Shown here in pieces: positions 18,588 through 26,619 of a DNA stretch of 64,000 nucleotides. Source of the stretch: Dehalococcoidia bacterium (GTDB taxonomy: Bacteria > Chloroflexota > Dehalococcoidia > Bin125). The stretch is from assembly GCA_965207365.1 (NCBI GenBank), contig OZ242281.1:500362-564361 (forward strand), read 5' to 3'. Position 1 is the stretch's first letter, and the number at the start of each line of letters is the position of its first letter. The notes beneath the pieces were generated by a model. It saw nothing but the letters and a program-made list of their open reading frames with translations, had not been told where the DNA came from and did not search any database. A program made the position numbers and the translations under genes.

Positions 18588-19547
18588 ATGCAGGGCTACA
18601 TCATCCGCAGAATCATCGGCGCGATCTTCGTCGTGTTTCTGGCCGGTACCTTCTCGTTCTTCGCCATCCGCATCTTGCCCGGCGACGCTGCGTCGGCCGC
18701 ATTGGGCCTTGACGCTGGATCGGCCTCCGCTGAGCAGATCGCCGAGCGACGCGCCGAGTACGGCCTGGACAAGCCGCTCGCGACCCAGTACGGAAACTGG
18801 CTCTGGGACACGATCCGGCTCGACCTGGGCAACTCCTTCACCAATCGCGCCAATTCCGTCTGGTACGAGATCGGTCGGTCGCTGCCCTACTCGATCGAAC
18901 TTGGCGTCCTGATCGTCATCGTCGGCTTTGCCGTCGCGTTCCCGGTGGGACTATTGTCGGCGATCTTCCAGGACCGTTGGATTGACTACACCCTGAGGTC
19001 GCTGGCCATTCTGGCACTGGCCGCGCCCGTCTTCTGGACGGCGGCCATCGCTTCGCTGTTTGTCCTCGAGTGGGAACTGTTCCTGATCGACGTGATTGGA
19101 CAACCACACATCTGGGAGAACCCGCAAGACGCGATCACCTGGTACCTGATCCCGATGCTCGCCGGCGGCTTCGCCGGCACCGCCGCGACGATGCGGCTGC
19201 TGCGTTCGCAGATGCTCGAGGTGATGCGCCAGGACTACGTCCGAACCGCGCGAGCCAAGGGCCTGCGCGAATCGGTCGTGATCATTCGTCACGCGCTGCG
19301 CAACGCCCTGCTGCCGGTCCTGACGGTGATGGGCGTGACCGTCGCCACGATCATCGGCTCGCAAGTCATCCTCGAGAACATGTTCAACATCCCCGGGATT
19401 GGCAACCTGATTATCAGTTCGCTGTTCGAGCGCGACAATCCCGTCTTCCAGTCCGTCATCGTCCTGATTGCCGTCTTCGTTGTCTTCACCAATCTGGTCG
19501 TCGACATCCTCTACGGCATCATCGACCCGCGCATTCGATTGTCATAG
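18588..19547 (+). CDS. ABC transporter permease (DppB/OppB-like)
   Basis: 319 aa, multi-TM, with a binding-protein-dependent transport EAA-like region. Confidence 0.85.
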   Translation: MQGYIIRRIIGAIFVVFLAGTFSFFAIRILPGDAASAALGLDAGSASAEQIAERRAEYGLDKPLATQYGNWLWDTIRLDLGNSFTNRANSVWYEIGRSLPYSIELGVLIVIVGFAVAFPVGLLSAIFQDRWIDYTLRSLAILALAAPVFWTAAIASLFVLEWELFLIDVIGQPHIWENPQDAITWYLIPMLAGGFAGTAATMRLLRSQMLEVMRQDYVRTARAKGLRESVVIIRHALRNALLPVLTVMGVTVATIIGSQVILENMFNIPGIGNLIISSLFERDNPVFQSVIVLIAVFVVFTNLVVDILYGIIDPRIRLS

Positions 19548-19556
19548 GAGAGCGCT

Positions 19557-20537
19557 GTGACTGAAGCACGCGGCGAGGTCATCGTCCCCGAGGGCGACCC
19601 CAACCTGCTCGTCAGGCTTGGTTCCGGTCTGCGTAGCGTGCTTCGCTTCATCCGTGGCAAGCCGCTCGGTGGCATCGGCCTGATCATTGCGGTCGCATTC
19701 ATCCTGATCGCCATTTTCGCCAATCAGATTCAGCGCCACGACCAGGACCAGATTTTCGACGCCCCGAACCCCGACTACAAAGCCAATCCGACTACCCTCG
19801 AGCTCGCCCGCAATCCCGACATCGGTTCGCCTGTGGTTGTTGAGCAGTTCGCCGTGCCCTCCGGCAAACATTGGTTTGGGACCGACAAGTTCGGTCGCGA
19901 CATCTGGTCGCAGGTCATCCATGGTGCACGACTCAGCCTGATTGTGGGACTCGGCGCGTCAGTGATCGCCGTAATCGGTGGACTCGTCATCGGGATGATC
20001 TCGGCCTATTACGCAGGAATCCTGGATCTCTTGATTCAGCGCATCGTCGACATGCTCCAGGCGATCCCCTTCCTGGTGCTGGTGCTCGTCTTCACGCAGA
20101 TCTCCGAGCCGAGAGTGAGTTATGTCGTCTTATGGCTCGGAGTTGCCGGACTGGCGATTACCACACGACTGATCCGATCAGCCGTCTTCGCCGTGCGCGA
20201 GAGCGAATTCGTGCTCGCCGCCCGCGTCGTTGGCGCGAGCGACCTCAGGATCATGGTGCGCCACGTGCTGCCCAATGTCGTCGCGGTGCTCATCATCGCC
20301 TTCAGCATCGGCATCGGAGCCTACATTCTGGCCGAGGCGGCAATCTCCTTCCTCGGCGCAGGACCACAGGGCGTCGCGAGTTGGGGCAAGATGGTTCAGG
20401 CCGGACGCGGCTCGCTCGACCTGCATCCATGGCAGACCGTCTTTGCCGGTGGAGCGATCATGATGATCGTGCTGGGCTTCAACCTGCTGGGAGACGCCTT
20501 GCGTGATGTCCTCGACCCACGCCTGCGCGGCGCTTGA
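19557..20537 (+). CDS. ABC transporter permease (DppC/OppC-like)
   Basis: 326 aa. Its end, NLLGDALRDVLDPRLRG, is typical of DppC-type permeases. No ATPase gene follows. Confidence 0.85.
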   Translation: MTEARGEVIVPEGDPNLLVRLGSGLRSVLRFIRGKPLGGIGLIIAVAFILIAIFANQIQRHDQDQIFDAPNPDYKANPTTLELARNPDIGSPVVVEQFAVPSGKHWFGTDKFGRDIWSQVIHGARLSLIVGLGASVIAVIGGLVIGMISAYYAGILDLLIQRIVDMLQAIPFLVLVLVFTQISEPRVSYVVLWLGVAGLAITTRLIRSAVFAVRESEFVLAARVVGASDLRIMVRHVLPNVVAVLIIAFSIGIGAYILAEAAISFLGAGPQGVASWGKMVQAGRGSLDLHPWQTVFAGGAIMMIVLGFNLLGDALRDVLDPRLRGA

Positions 20538-20608
20538 CGCCGGCCAGCCCATCGGCAAGCCTCCTGAACATGACCATGATGTCAGAGTATGTCGCGACTG
20601 GTCGAGCG

Positions 20609-21097
20609 TTACCGCTGCGCTCCTGGAGGATCAATCCTGTTCAACACGATCCATTCGATCCGCTGCTCGCCTAACTGCTGTTCCTCCGCTGCTTCGCGCA
20701 TCGCTGTCGCTGCGTCTTGCCGTCCGGCGCCCCAACCCGCGCGGAATCCGACCGCCCAAGGTTGTTCGCCGCCCAAACCTTCGTCAATCAGCAGTTCACC
20801 CAGACGCTCAGCGTACGCACGCCCATTCTCGCGTTCCATCGCCTCAGTCCATACGTCGCTGTACTGTTCCTCCAACTTGACGGGATCATTGCGCAGATTC
20901 GGTACTCGGTCATCCAGCTTGATGGCTCCGCTCAGGAAGGCAATCAAGACGGGAACAGCTACGCCCAGCAGCACGCCCGCGAATGTGTGAACACCTATCA
21001 AATCGCGCTTTCGACGCCAGCCCGACTCGGCGGCATCGGGACGCGACCACCCGCTCAACCGAGGCGTGCGACGGCTCATTTGAGCAACTCGATCCAC
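20609..21097 (-). CDS. single-pass membrane protein, member 1 of a 6-gene paralog array (GWxxGWxDA family, unknown function)
   Basis: Arg/Trp-rich N-tail, one TM helix, and a C-domain with VGFRAGWGAGRQDAATAMREAA. Confidence 0.55.
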   Translation of the reverse strand: MDRVAQMSRRTPRLSGWSRPDAAESGWRRKRDLIGVHTFAGVLLGVAVPVLIAFLSGAIKLDDRVPNLRNDPVKLEEQYSDVWTEAMERENGRAYAERLGELLIDEGLGGEQPWAVGFRAGWGAGRQDAATAMREAAEEQQLGEQRIEWIVLNRIDPPGAQR

Positions 21098-21600
21098 TGA
21101 GTGCCGTCCGCCGCCGACCGGAGCTGCAGAATCGCCTCATTCGACGAATCGAGGATTAAGAGATTCCAGCCCTGTCGATAACCTGCTTGATAGCCTGATC
21201 GCTCGCTTCGGCCAGCGAGCAACTCTTCCAACGCCTGTTCAGCTTGCATCCGTCCCAGCAATCTCCCCTGTCTAGTCCCCCACGTGAACGCTGCGCTTCG
21301 ATTGCCAGCATCGTTTTCGGACGGCGACTCGCTCAGGCCGTGATACGCCAGATCACCTCCCGAGCCCTGGTCCAGCGCGAATGCACTGACCGCTACCGCC
21401 GTCGAAAGCATCGCGCCGACGAGGAACGCAATCGCCGAGTGTCGTACCAGATCGATCCGCCAGAGCCTTCTGAAGCGCTCCACCTGATCCAACGCGAACG
21501 CACTGACCACTACCACCGTCGAACGCACCGCGCTGACGAGGAACGCAACCGCTGAGTGTCGTATCAGTTCGATCCGCCAGAGCCTTCTGAAGCGCTCCAT
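21076..21600 (-). CDS. paralog array member 2, carrying an in-frame tandem duplication of its N-tail+TM module
   Basis: MERFRRLWRIELIRHSAVAFLVSAV...ALDQV is followed directly by ERFRRLWRIDLVRHSAIAFLVGAM...ALDQG. The C-domain has YQAGYRQGWNLL. It ends TQWIELLK, like member 6. Confidence 0.55.
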   Translation of the reverse strand: MERFRRLWRIELIRHSAVAFLVSAVRSTVVVVSAFALDQVERFRRLWRIDLVRHSAIAFLVGAMLSTAVAVSAFALDQGSGGDLAYHGLSESPSENDAGNRSAAFTWGTRQGRLLGRMQAEQALEELLAGRSERSGYQAGYRQGWNLLILDSSNEAILQLRSAADGTQWIELLK

Positions 21601-21615
21601 CCGCTCTCTGACCGC

Positions 21616-22074
21616 CTACCTCCGGGTCATCTCTTCCAGAACCCGGAATTCAGTGTAGCTAGCGGGCAGGTCCAGTTCCTCAGCTGCTTCCTCCATCGCA
21701 TCCAGGGCGTCGTTCCAACCTTGAATCCAACCTGTCGCGAATTGCTGTGCGTAGGCGGAGTCAACCCCTGTTCCATCGTTGACGATCTCCGCTCCCAGAT
21801 GCTGGACTTCGCCATATGGCAACCCATCGGCATAGCCCTCCGCTTCGACCGCTGCGTAGGCCTCTTCATAGGCCGCCAGCTCGGCTCGCTTGAGATCGTC
21901 TGAGGTGCGCAGATTCATCGGATCAAGCGTCGCGCCGATCAGTGCCGCCATCGCTACGCCGAGCACGACCGCGAACATCGTGTGCCGGCCAATCGGGTCG
22001 TAGCCGCGTTTCCACCAGACACGCTCACGCTCGCCCTGACCCCAGCCTTCCAGCGATCCACGACGGTCCGTCAT
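21616..22074 (-). CDS. paralog array member 3
   Basis: RERVWWKRGYDP N-tail, TM helix, and a C-domain with FATGWIQGWNDALDAMEEAA. Confidence 0.55.
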   Translation of the reverse strand: MTDRRGSLEGWGQGERERVWWKRGYDPIGRHTMFAVVLGVAMAALIGATLDPMNLRTSDDLKRAELAAYEEAYAAVEAEGYADGLPYGEVQHLGAEIVNDGTGVDSAYAQQFATGWIQGWNDALDAMEEAAEELDLPASYTEFRVLEEMTRR

Positions 22075-22466
22075 CGGCGTAGGTCTTCCCAGGACTCGAA
22101 CGCCGACTCGACCTCAAGTTTGTTGCGCTTGGCCTCGTTCAGCGCCGTGTCGATGGCGTCGTTCCAGGAGTAGTCATACGCGGTTTGGAATCCCACAAGG
22201 GGATCGCCCGATGCCAGCAGTTCCGGCAGCGCCAGCGCGGCACGACCAGCGCCGTCGAGCCGTCCTCGCTCAAACGCCGCCTCATAGCCATCGATTCGCC
22301 CCTCTCGCGTCCCACGCACCTCAGCTGAGGCAATCTCTTCCGCCGTGACCTGGTCAAGCACCGAGATCAGCCAACCAATCGCCGCCGTCACCGCCAAAGC
22401 AATCAGAAACGCAAGCGCGACTTGACGAGGCAGGTCGTAGCGCCACCAAGAGCGAACGATAGACAT
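22071..22466 (-). CDS. paralog array member 4
   Basis: MSIVRSWWRYDLPRQ N-tail, TM helix, and AYDYSWNDAIDTALNEA. It overlaps member 3 by 4 bp. Confidence 0.55.
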   Translation of the reverse strand: MSIVRSWWRYDLPRQVALAFLIALAVTAAIGWLISVLDQVTAEEIASAEVRGTREGRIDGYEAAFERGRLDGAGRAALALPELLASGDPLVGFQTAYDYSWNDAIDTALNEAKRNKLEVESAFESWEDLRR

Positions 22467-22510
22467 TGAGTCAGCCTATCCAGCAACGACTGGACAATCG
22501 ACGAGTTTCT

Positions 22511-22996
22511 TTACGGCCTCGCCTGACGCTGCAAGCCTGCGTTGAGCGTCTGCAACTCCAGTGAATCCTCGGTGGCGCCGGCATCGATCGAAGCGGCACG
22601 CATCGCGTCGAGCGCATCATCCCAGCCGTCCGACCATCCCACGCGAAACCCGTTCGCCCAATCCGACTCGGCGCCAACCTGTTGGTCGGACAGTATCCTC
22701 GCAATCTCGATCGTGATGAATTCCTCCTGAGCATCACGAACGGCATCTCCAATGGTCGCATAGAAGGTCGACTGCAAAGCCTCGTAGCGAATCTTGTCAA
22801 TCTGCCCTTCCTGGGACACAGTTGTCTCTCCAATGACCGAAATCACGAGCCAGCCAAGGATGATGGCTGTGACCGCGCCAATCAGGAACCAGGTCAAACT
22901 CGGTCGAATGCGTTCCCGCGGCGGTAAGCGCCGACCCAGCCTCATGGGTTCTCGAGGTCCGTAGGGAGGAGAAGGCTGCGACGTTTCTGTGGTCAT
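22511..22996 (-). CDS. paralog array member 5
   Basis: RLPPRERIRPSLTWF N-tail, TM helix, and GFRVGWSDGWDDALDAMRAA. Confidence 0.55.
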   Translation of the reverse strand: MTTETSQPSPPYGPREPMRLGRRLPPRERIRPSLTWFLIGAVTAIILGWLVISVIGETTVSQEGQIDKIRYEALQSTFYATIGDAVRDAQEEFITIEIARILSDQQVGAESDWANGFRVGWSDGWDDALDAMRAASIDAGATEDSLELQTLNAGLQRQARP

Positions 22997-23403
22997 CGCA
23001 GCAGCTCAATCCACTGCGTGTGCTCTTCCCCGGCGAGCAGTTGTCGCGGCAAGCGCCGTGCGAGCGTGTTGACAGCATCATTCCAGGCATACTCGTACGC
23101 CCGTCGGTAGGCATCGTCGGCGTCGCCGCTGGAGAGTTGAGCTTCGACCTCATCCTCGGCCAGGCGAGGGGCCGCTTCCATGGCGGACTGTCGCGCCTCC
23201 AACTCGGCCAGGTATCGACCGCGGGCGGCGCCGCCAGCAACAGCGTCCTCGCGCACATCCTCAGGAATAGCGTCTGGGAGCTGCAAGGAAACTGCGCCAA
23301 CAATCGCAACCAGCATGCCCGCAACAAGGAAGCCCAACAGGGCAACGCGGAGATTATGAGGCCACGATGGAACAGAGAAGGCTCCCAAACGTCTGAACCT
23401 CAT
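22993..23403 (-). CDS. paralog array member 6
   Basis: Start set at the internal Met (MRFRRLGAF...) of ORF 22993..23673. It has a TM helix, AYEYAWNDAVNTLA, and ends TQWIELLR. Confidence 0.5.
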   Translation of the reverse strand: MRFRRLGAFSVPSWPHNLRVALLGFLVAGMLVAIVGAVSLQLPDAIPEDVREDAVAGGAARGRYLAELEARQSAMEAAPRLAEDEVEAQLSSGDADDAYRRAYEYAWNDAVNTLARRLPRQLLAGEEHTQWIELLR

Positions 23404-23434
23404 TACACCAACAAGGGTAAGCAGGTCGCCGCGC

Positions 23435-23706
23435 TCAGCCGCCGGCGACTGGTGGGAAGATGTCCAGTTCGCTTTCGGGATTGACCCGGCTATCGAGACC
23501 GTCGATATGTCGGATGTCGCGGCCGTCGACCATGATCGCGACGAAACGGCGCACCGTGCCGTCCTCGTCGAAGAGCTGATCGTGCAACCCCTCATACTCG
23601 CAAGCGAGCCGTTCAAGAATGCCCTTGATCGTGTCCGGCGGATCAGACAGATCAACGCTGCGACCACCGACAAGCGGTCGCAGCGTTGCGTAGAAGCGGA
23701 TCTGCA
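23435..23706 (-). CDS. MoaD/ThiS-family ubiquitin-like sulfur-carrier protein (C-terminal GG)
   Basis: MQIRFYATLRPLVGG...IFPPVAGG. It is about 90 aa, ends in Gly-Gly, and lies immediately downstream of the AOR gene. Confidence 0.65.
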
Positions 23707-23714
23707 TAACTGTG

Positions 23715-23835
23715 CGACCCCTCATCCCGGCCCTCTCCCCGAGGGAGAGGGAGTGCAAAGATCGGGCCCATTCCCTTCGCAAGAAGTGCTTCAGTCCCAT
23801 CTCCCTCTGGGAGAGGGTCAGGGTGAGGGTCCTTC
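23715..23835. repeat. GC-rich hairpin repeat (family D) in the AOR-MoaD intergenic region
   Basis: ccctctccccgagggagaggg and ccatctccctctgggagaggg hairpins. Confidence 0.45.
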
Positions 23836-23846
23836 TCAGGGGGAAT

Positions 23847-25727
23847 CTACGAGATGATCTCGAGCTCGCGCAGCTTGGACTCGCCCACGACGCCGTTGTC
23901 CCAACCGCGAGCGTCGTAGTACTGCTCTTTCATCTGGTCGAGTTCGCAGACGTGACCTTCGGCCGGTCCGGTCGCCGGCTCGTTGAGGAAGCGATCGGGC
24001 AGCGAGTCATCGCTGCCGTCAAATCCTGCGAGGTTGTTGTAGTAGCGCTCGAGGTTGTAGATGCGCTCGCCAGCGACCATCACGTCTTCCTCGGACATGG
24101 GGAGGCCGACGACCGTCTCGTACAACGCGGCGTACTCGGGCGCGCCAACCGCGAAGGCTGAGAACTTGCACAGGTCGAGCGAGTCTGAGAATGCATGCAG
24201 GTCCTGGAAGATCTTCAGCAGCGGACCCTTGCCGTCCCATTCGAGCGGGTCGGTCTTGACCGGAATACCGAGCAGCTCGGAGGCGGGCGTGTAGCCACGC
24301 AGGTGGCAGGCGCCGCGGTTCGAGGTCGCGTAGCCGAGCCCCTCGCCCTTGATCCCGCGCGGGTCGTAAGCCGGTACGGCCTGTCCCTTAACGGTCATCG
24401 AAATCTCCGGGTGACCCCAGGAGGCTGCGGCCTTGGCCGGGCCTTGGCCCAGCGCCTGGCCGATCGACCCAGAGGCGTGCGCAATGTCTTCTGCAGCCTG
24501 GACCATACCTGCGCCGTCGCCCCAGTCGAGCGGCGTGTCGACGTAGCCCCGTTCCGAGGCTTCCATGTACATCGAGATGGCGTTGCCAATTTCAATCGCG
24601 TCCATGCCGTAGTCGTTGCATTGGTCGATGATCTTGGCGATGACAGCCGGATCGTCGTTGCCGCAGTTCGCGCCCAGCGACCAGGCCGGCTCGTACTCAA
24701 ACGACTCCATCTTCAGGCCGGCGTGAACGCCTTCGGTGATCTCAACTTCCTTCTTGCAAGCCACCGGACAGGCGTGACAGGTCGGTTCGGCGGTCAGAAA
24801 GTCGGAGCGCATCGTCTCGCCCGAGACCGCGTCTGCCGCTTCAGGGGTCGTCTGCGTCATCTGCGAGTTCTTCGTGCCCAGCCCACCGATCGAGTTGACG
24901 GCGTTCATCAGCACGTTAGTCCCGAAGGCCGAGAGCGCACCAGAGCCGTCCTTGAGCGATCCGTCATCGTTGACCGAGGACGGCGCCGTCACCGGCGACT
25001 CCATGATCAGCTTCAGGTGAGCGCCCTGCGCCGCGCGGAACTTCTGCCGCGCTTCGCCCTGTTCTGGTCGCCAACGACCGTCACGCGTGCCTCGCACGAC
25101 CACACACTTGAGGTTCTTCGACCCAGCCACCGCGCCCGTGCCGCCGCGACCGGCTGCGCGGTCGTCCTCGTTGAGGATCGAGGCGAACAGCACGCCGTTC
25201 TCGCCGGCCTGGCCGATCGACATGACCGAGACATCGGTCTTGTTGCCGCTGTCTGAACCGAAGTGCTTGACGGTGTCGTGGATACCCATCCCCCAGAGGT
25301 GAGAGGCATCCTTGATCTCGACTTCGCCGTTCTCGACTTCGAGATAGACGGGCGCCGCCGCTTTGCCGGTAATCAGAATGGCGTCGAAGCCGGCCCAGCG
25401 GAGTCGAGCCGCTGACCAACCGCCCATGTGCGAGTCGGTCACGGTTCCTGTCAATGGCGACTTGGTCACGAACGCGAGGCGTCCCGACATCGTCACCTCA
25501 GAACCGGTCATCGGCCCGTTGACCAGGGCCAGCATGTTGTCCGGAGACATCGCGGCGGTATTCGGTCCGTTGTCGAGCAGGTACTTCACGCCCAGCCCGC
25601 GAGCGCCGATGTACTTTCGCGCGTCGTCTTCATTGACGCCCTCGTAAGTGACTGTGCGGTCGCTCAGATTGATCCGCGCCACGCGGTCAGCAAATCCCCC
25701 AAGTGCCATGATCGTTCCCTTCATCAA
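23847..25727 (-). CDS. aldehyde:ferredoxin oxidoreductase (tungsten-containing AOR family)
   Basis: 626 aa with the AOR N-terminal domain and catalytic domain blocks (EPTCHACPVACKK Fe-S cysteine region, GLGYATSNRGACHLRG). Confidence 0.85.
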   Translation of the reverse strand: MMKGTIMALGGFADRVARINLSDRTVTYEGVNEDDARKYIGARGLGVKYLLDNGPNTAAMSPDNMLALVNGPMTGSEVTMSGRLAFVTKSPLTGTVTDSHMGGWSAARLRWAGFDAILITGKAAAPVYLEVENGEVEIKDASHLWGMGIHDTVKHFGSDSGNKTDVSVMSIGQAGENGVLFASILNEDDRAAGRGGTGAVAGSKNLKCVVVRGTRDGRWRPEQGEARQKFRAAQGAHLKLIMESPVTAPSSVNDDGSLKDGSGALSAFGTNVLMNAVNSIGGLGTKNSQMTQTTPEAADAVSGETMRSDFLTAEPTCHACPVACKKEVEITEGVHAGLKMESFEYEPAWSLGANCGNDDPAVIAKIIDQCNDYGMDAIEIGNAISMYMEASERGYVDTPLDWGDGAGMVQAAEDIAHASGSIGQALGQGPAKAAASWGHPEISMTVKGQAVPAYDPRGIKGEGLGYATSNRGACHLRGYTPASELLGIPVKTDPLEWDGKGPLLKIFQDLHAFSDSLDLCKFSAFAVGAPEYAALYETVVGLPMSEEDVMVAGERIYNLERYYNNLAGFDGSDDSLPDRFLNEPATGPAEGHVCELDQMKEQYYDARGWDNGVVGESKLRELEIIS

Positions 25728-25824
25728 CGCTCTCGCGAGCTATCCAGTGCGAGGTCAAAGATAGCGGATCGTCAACAAGGATCAGGCAGCCACTTCGGTA
25801 GAATGGAGGTCGGGAGGAAGACGA

Positions 25825-26144
25825 TGACGACTGAATCGAGACCGAGGCCGGAAGAGACAAATCAGATCCAACAGGCAGCCCTCAAAGAGTCCCTCGCCGA
25901 AGCGCGGCGTAATCGCGAGCGATGGCAGCGTGATTGGAAGAGCATCCGCGAGCAATATCCGACTCACTGGATCGCGATCTACGACGGCGGCCAGACAGTC
26001 GTGGCGCACGAGGACGCACAGGCACACTTCGACCACTTGTTTCAACTCGAGGGGCTCAACAGGTCAACTGCCTTTAGGTGGCCCCCGCCACCCAAACCCA
26101 ACACCCACCGCATTACCAGCGCGTTTCGCCGTCGCGCAACGTGA
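25825..26144 (+). CDS. hypothetical small protein (low-GC islet)
   Basis: GGGAGG lies upstream of ATG 25825. 106 aa. It is immediately followed by a retropepsin-like gene. Confidence 0.4.
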
Positions 26145-26149
26145 GGCGA

Positions 26150-26614
26150 GTGCATGGCTGGCTGGGAGCCGAGTCGAACGATCCCGATGATGGCGCGCCC
26201 TTCGTTGGAGTGCGCCTAATCTACGAGGCCGCGTCGCACAGCGTCGATTTCATGATCGACACCGGCTCGGACGCGACGATTCTGATGCCCAGAGATGCGC
26301 ATTGGATATTTGACGATCACTACTTCGAGATGGATTTTCGGTCCCATCCGGAGAGTGTCCCTCTCCAGGGCATTGGCGGACGAGAGATCTACATGACTCC
26401 GCTCGAAGCCACCCTCGTGCTCACGGATGACACTGACAGTCCGATTGAGTTAGCACAGCGCATTTGGATTGCTGAGCCCCTGCCGAACTATCGATCAGAA
26501 GAAGGCAACTGGCTCGTTCCTTCGCTCTTCGGTCGAGACGCCATCAGACCAGGAGAGTTCGAGCTCAGCTACGTGAACCGCACGGTCACCCTGATTCGAC
26601 CGGAAAACGAATAG
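26150..26614 (+). CDS. retropepsin-like aspartic protease (clan AA)
   Basis: FMIDTGSDATIL contains the D-T/S-G-A/S active-site signature. About 154 aa from GTG 26150. Low-GC context. Confidence 0.55.
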   Translation: MHGWLGAESNDPDDGAPFVGVRLIYEAASHSVDFMIDTGSDATILMPRDAHWIFDDHYFEMDFRSHPESVPLQGIGGREIYMTPLEATLVLTDDTDSPIELAQRIWIAEPLPNYRSEEGNWLVPSLFGRDAIRPGEFELSYVNRTVTLIRPENE

Positions 26615-26619
26615 TCGTC

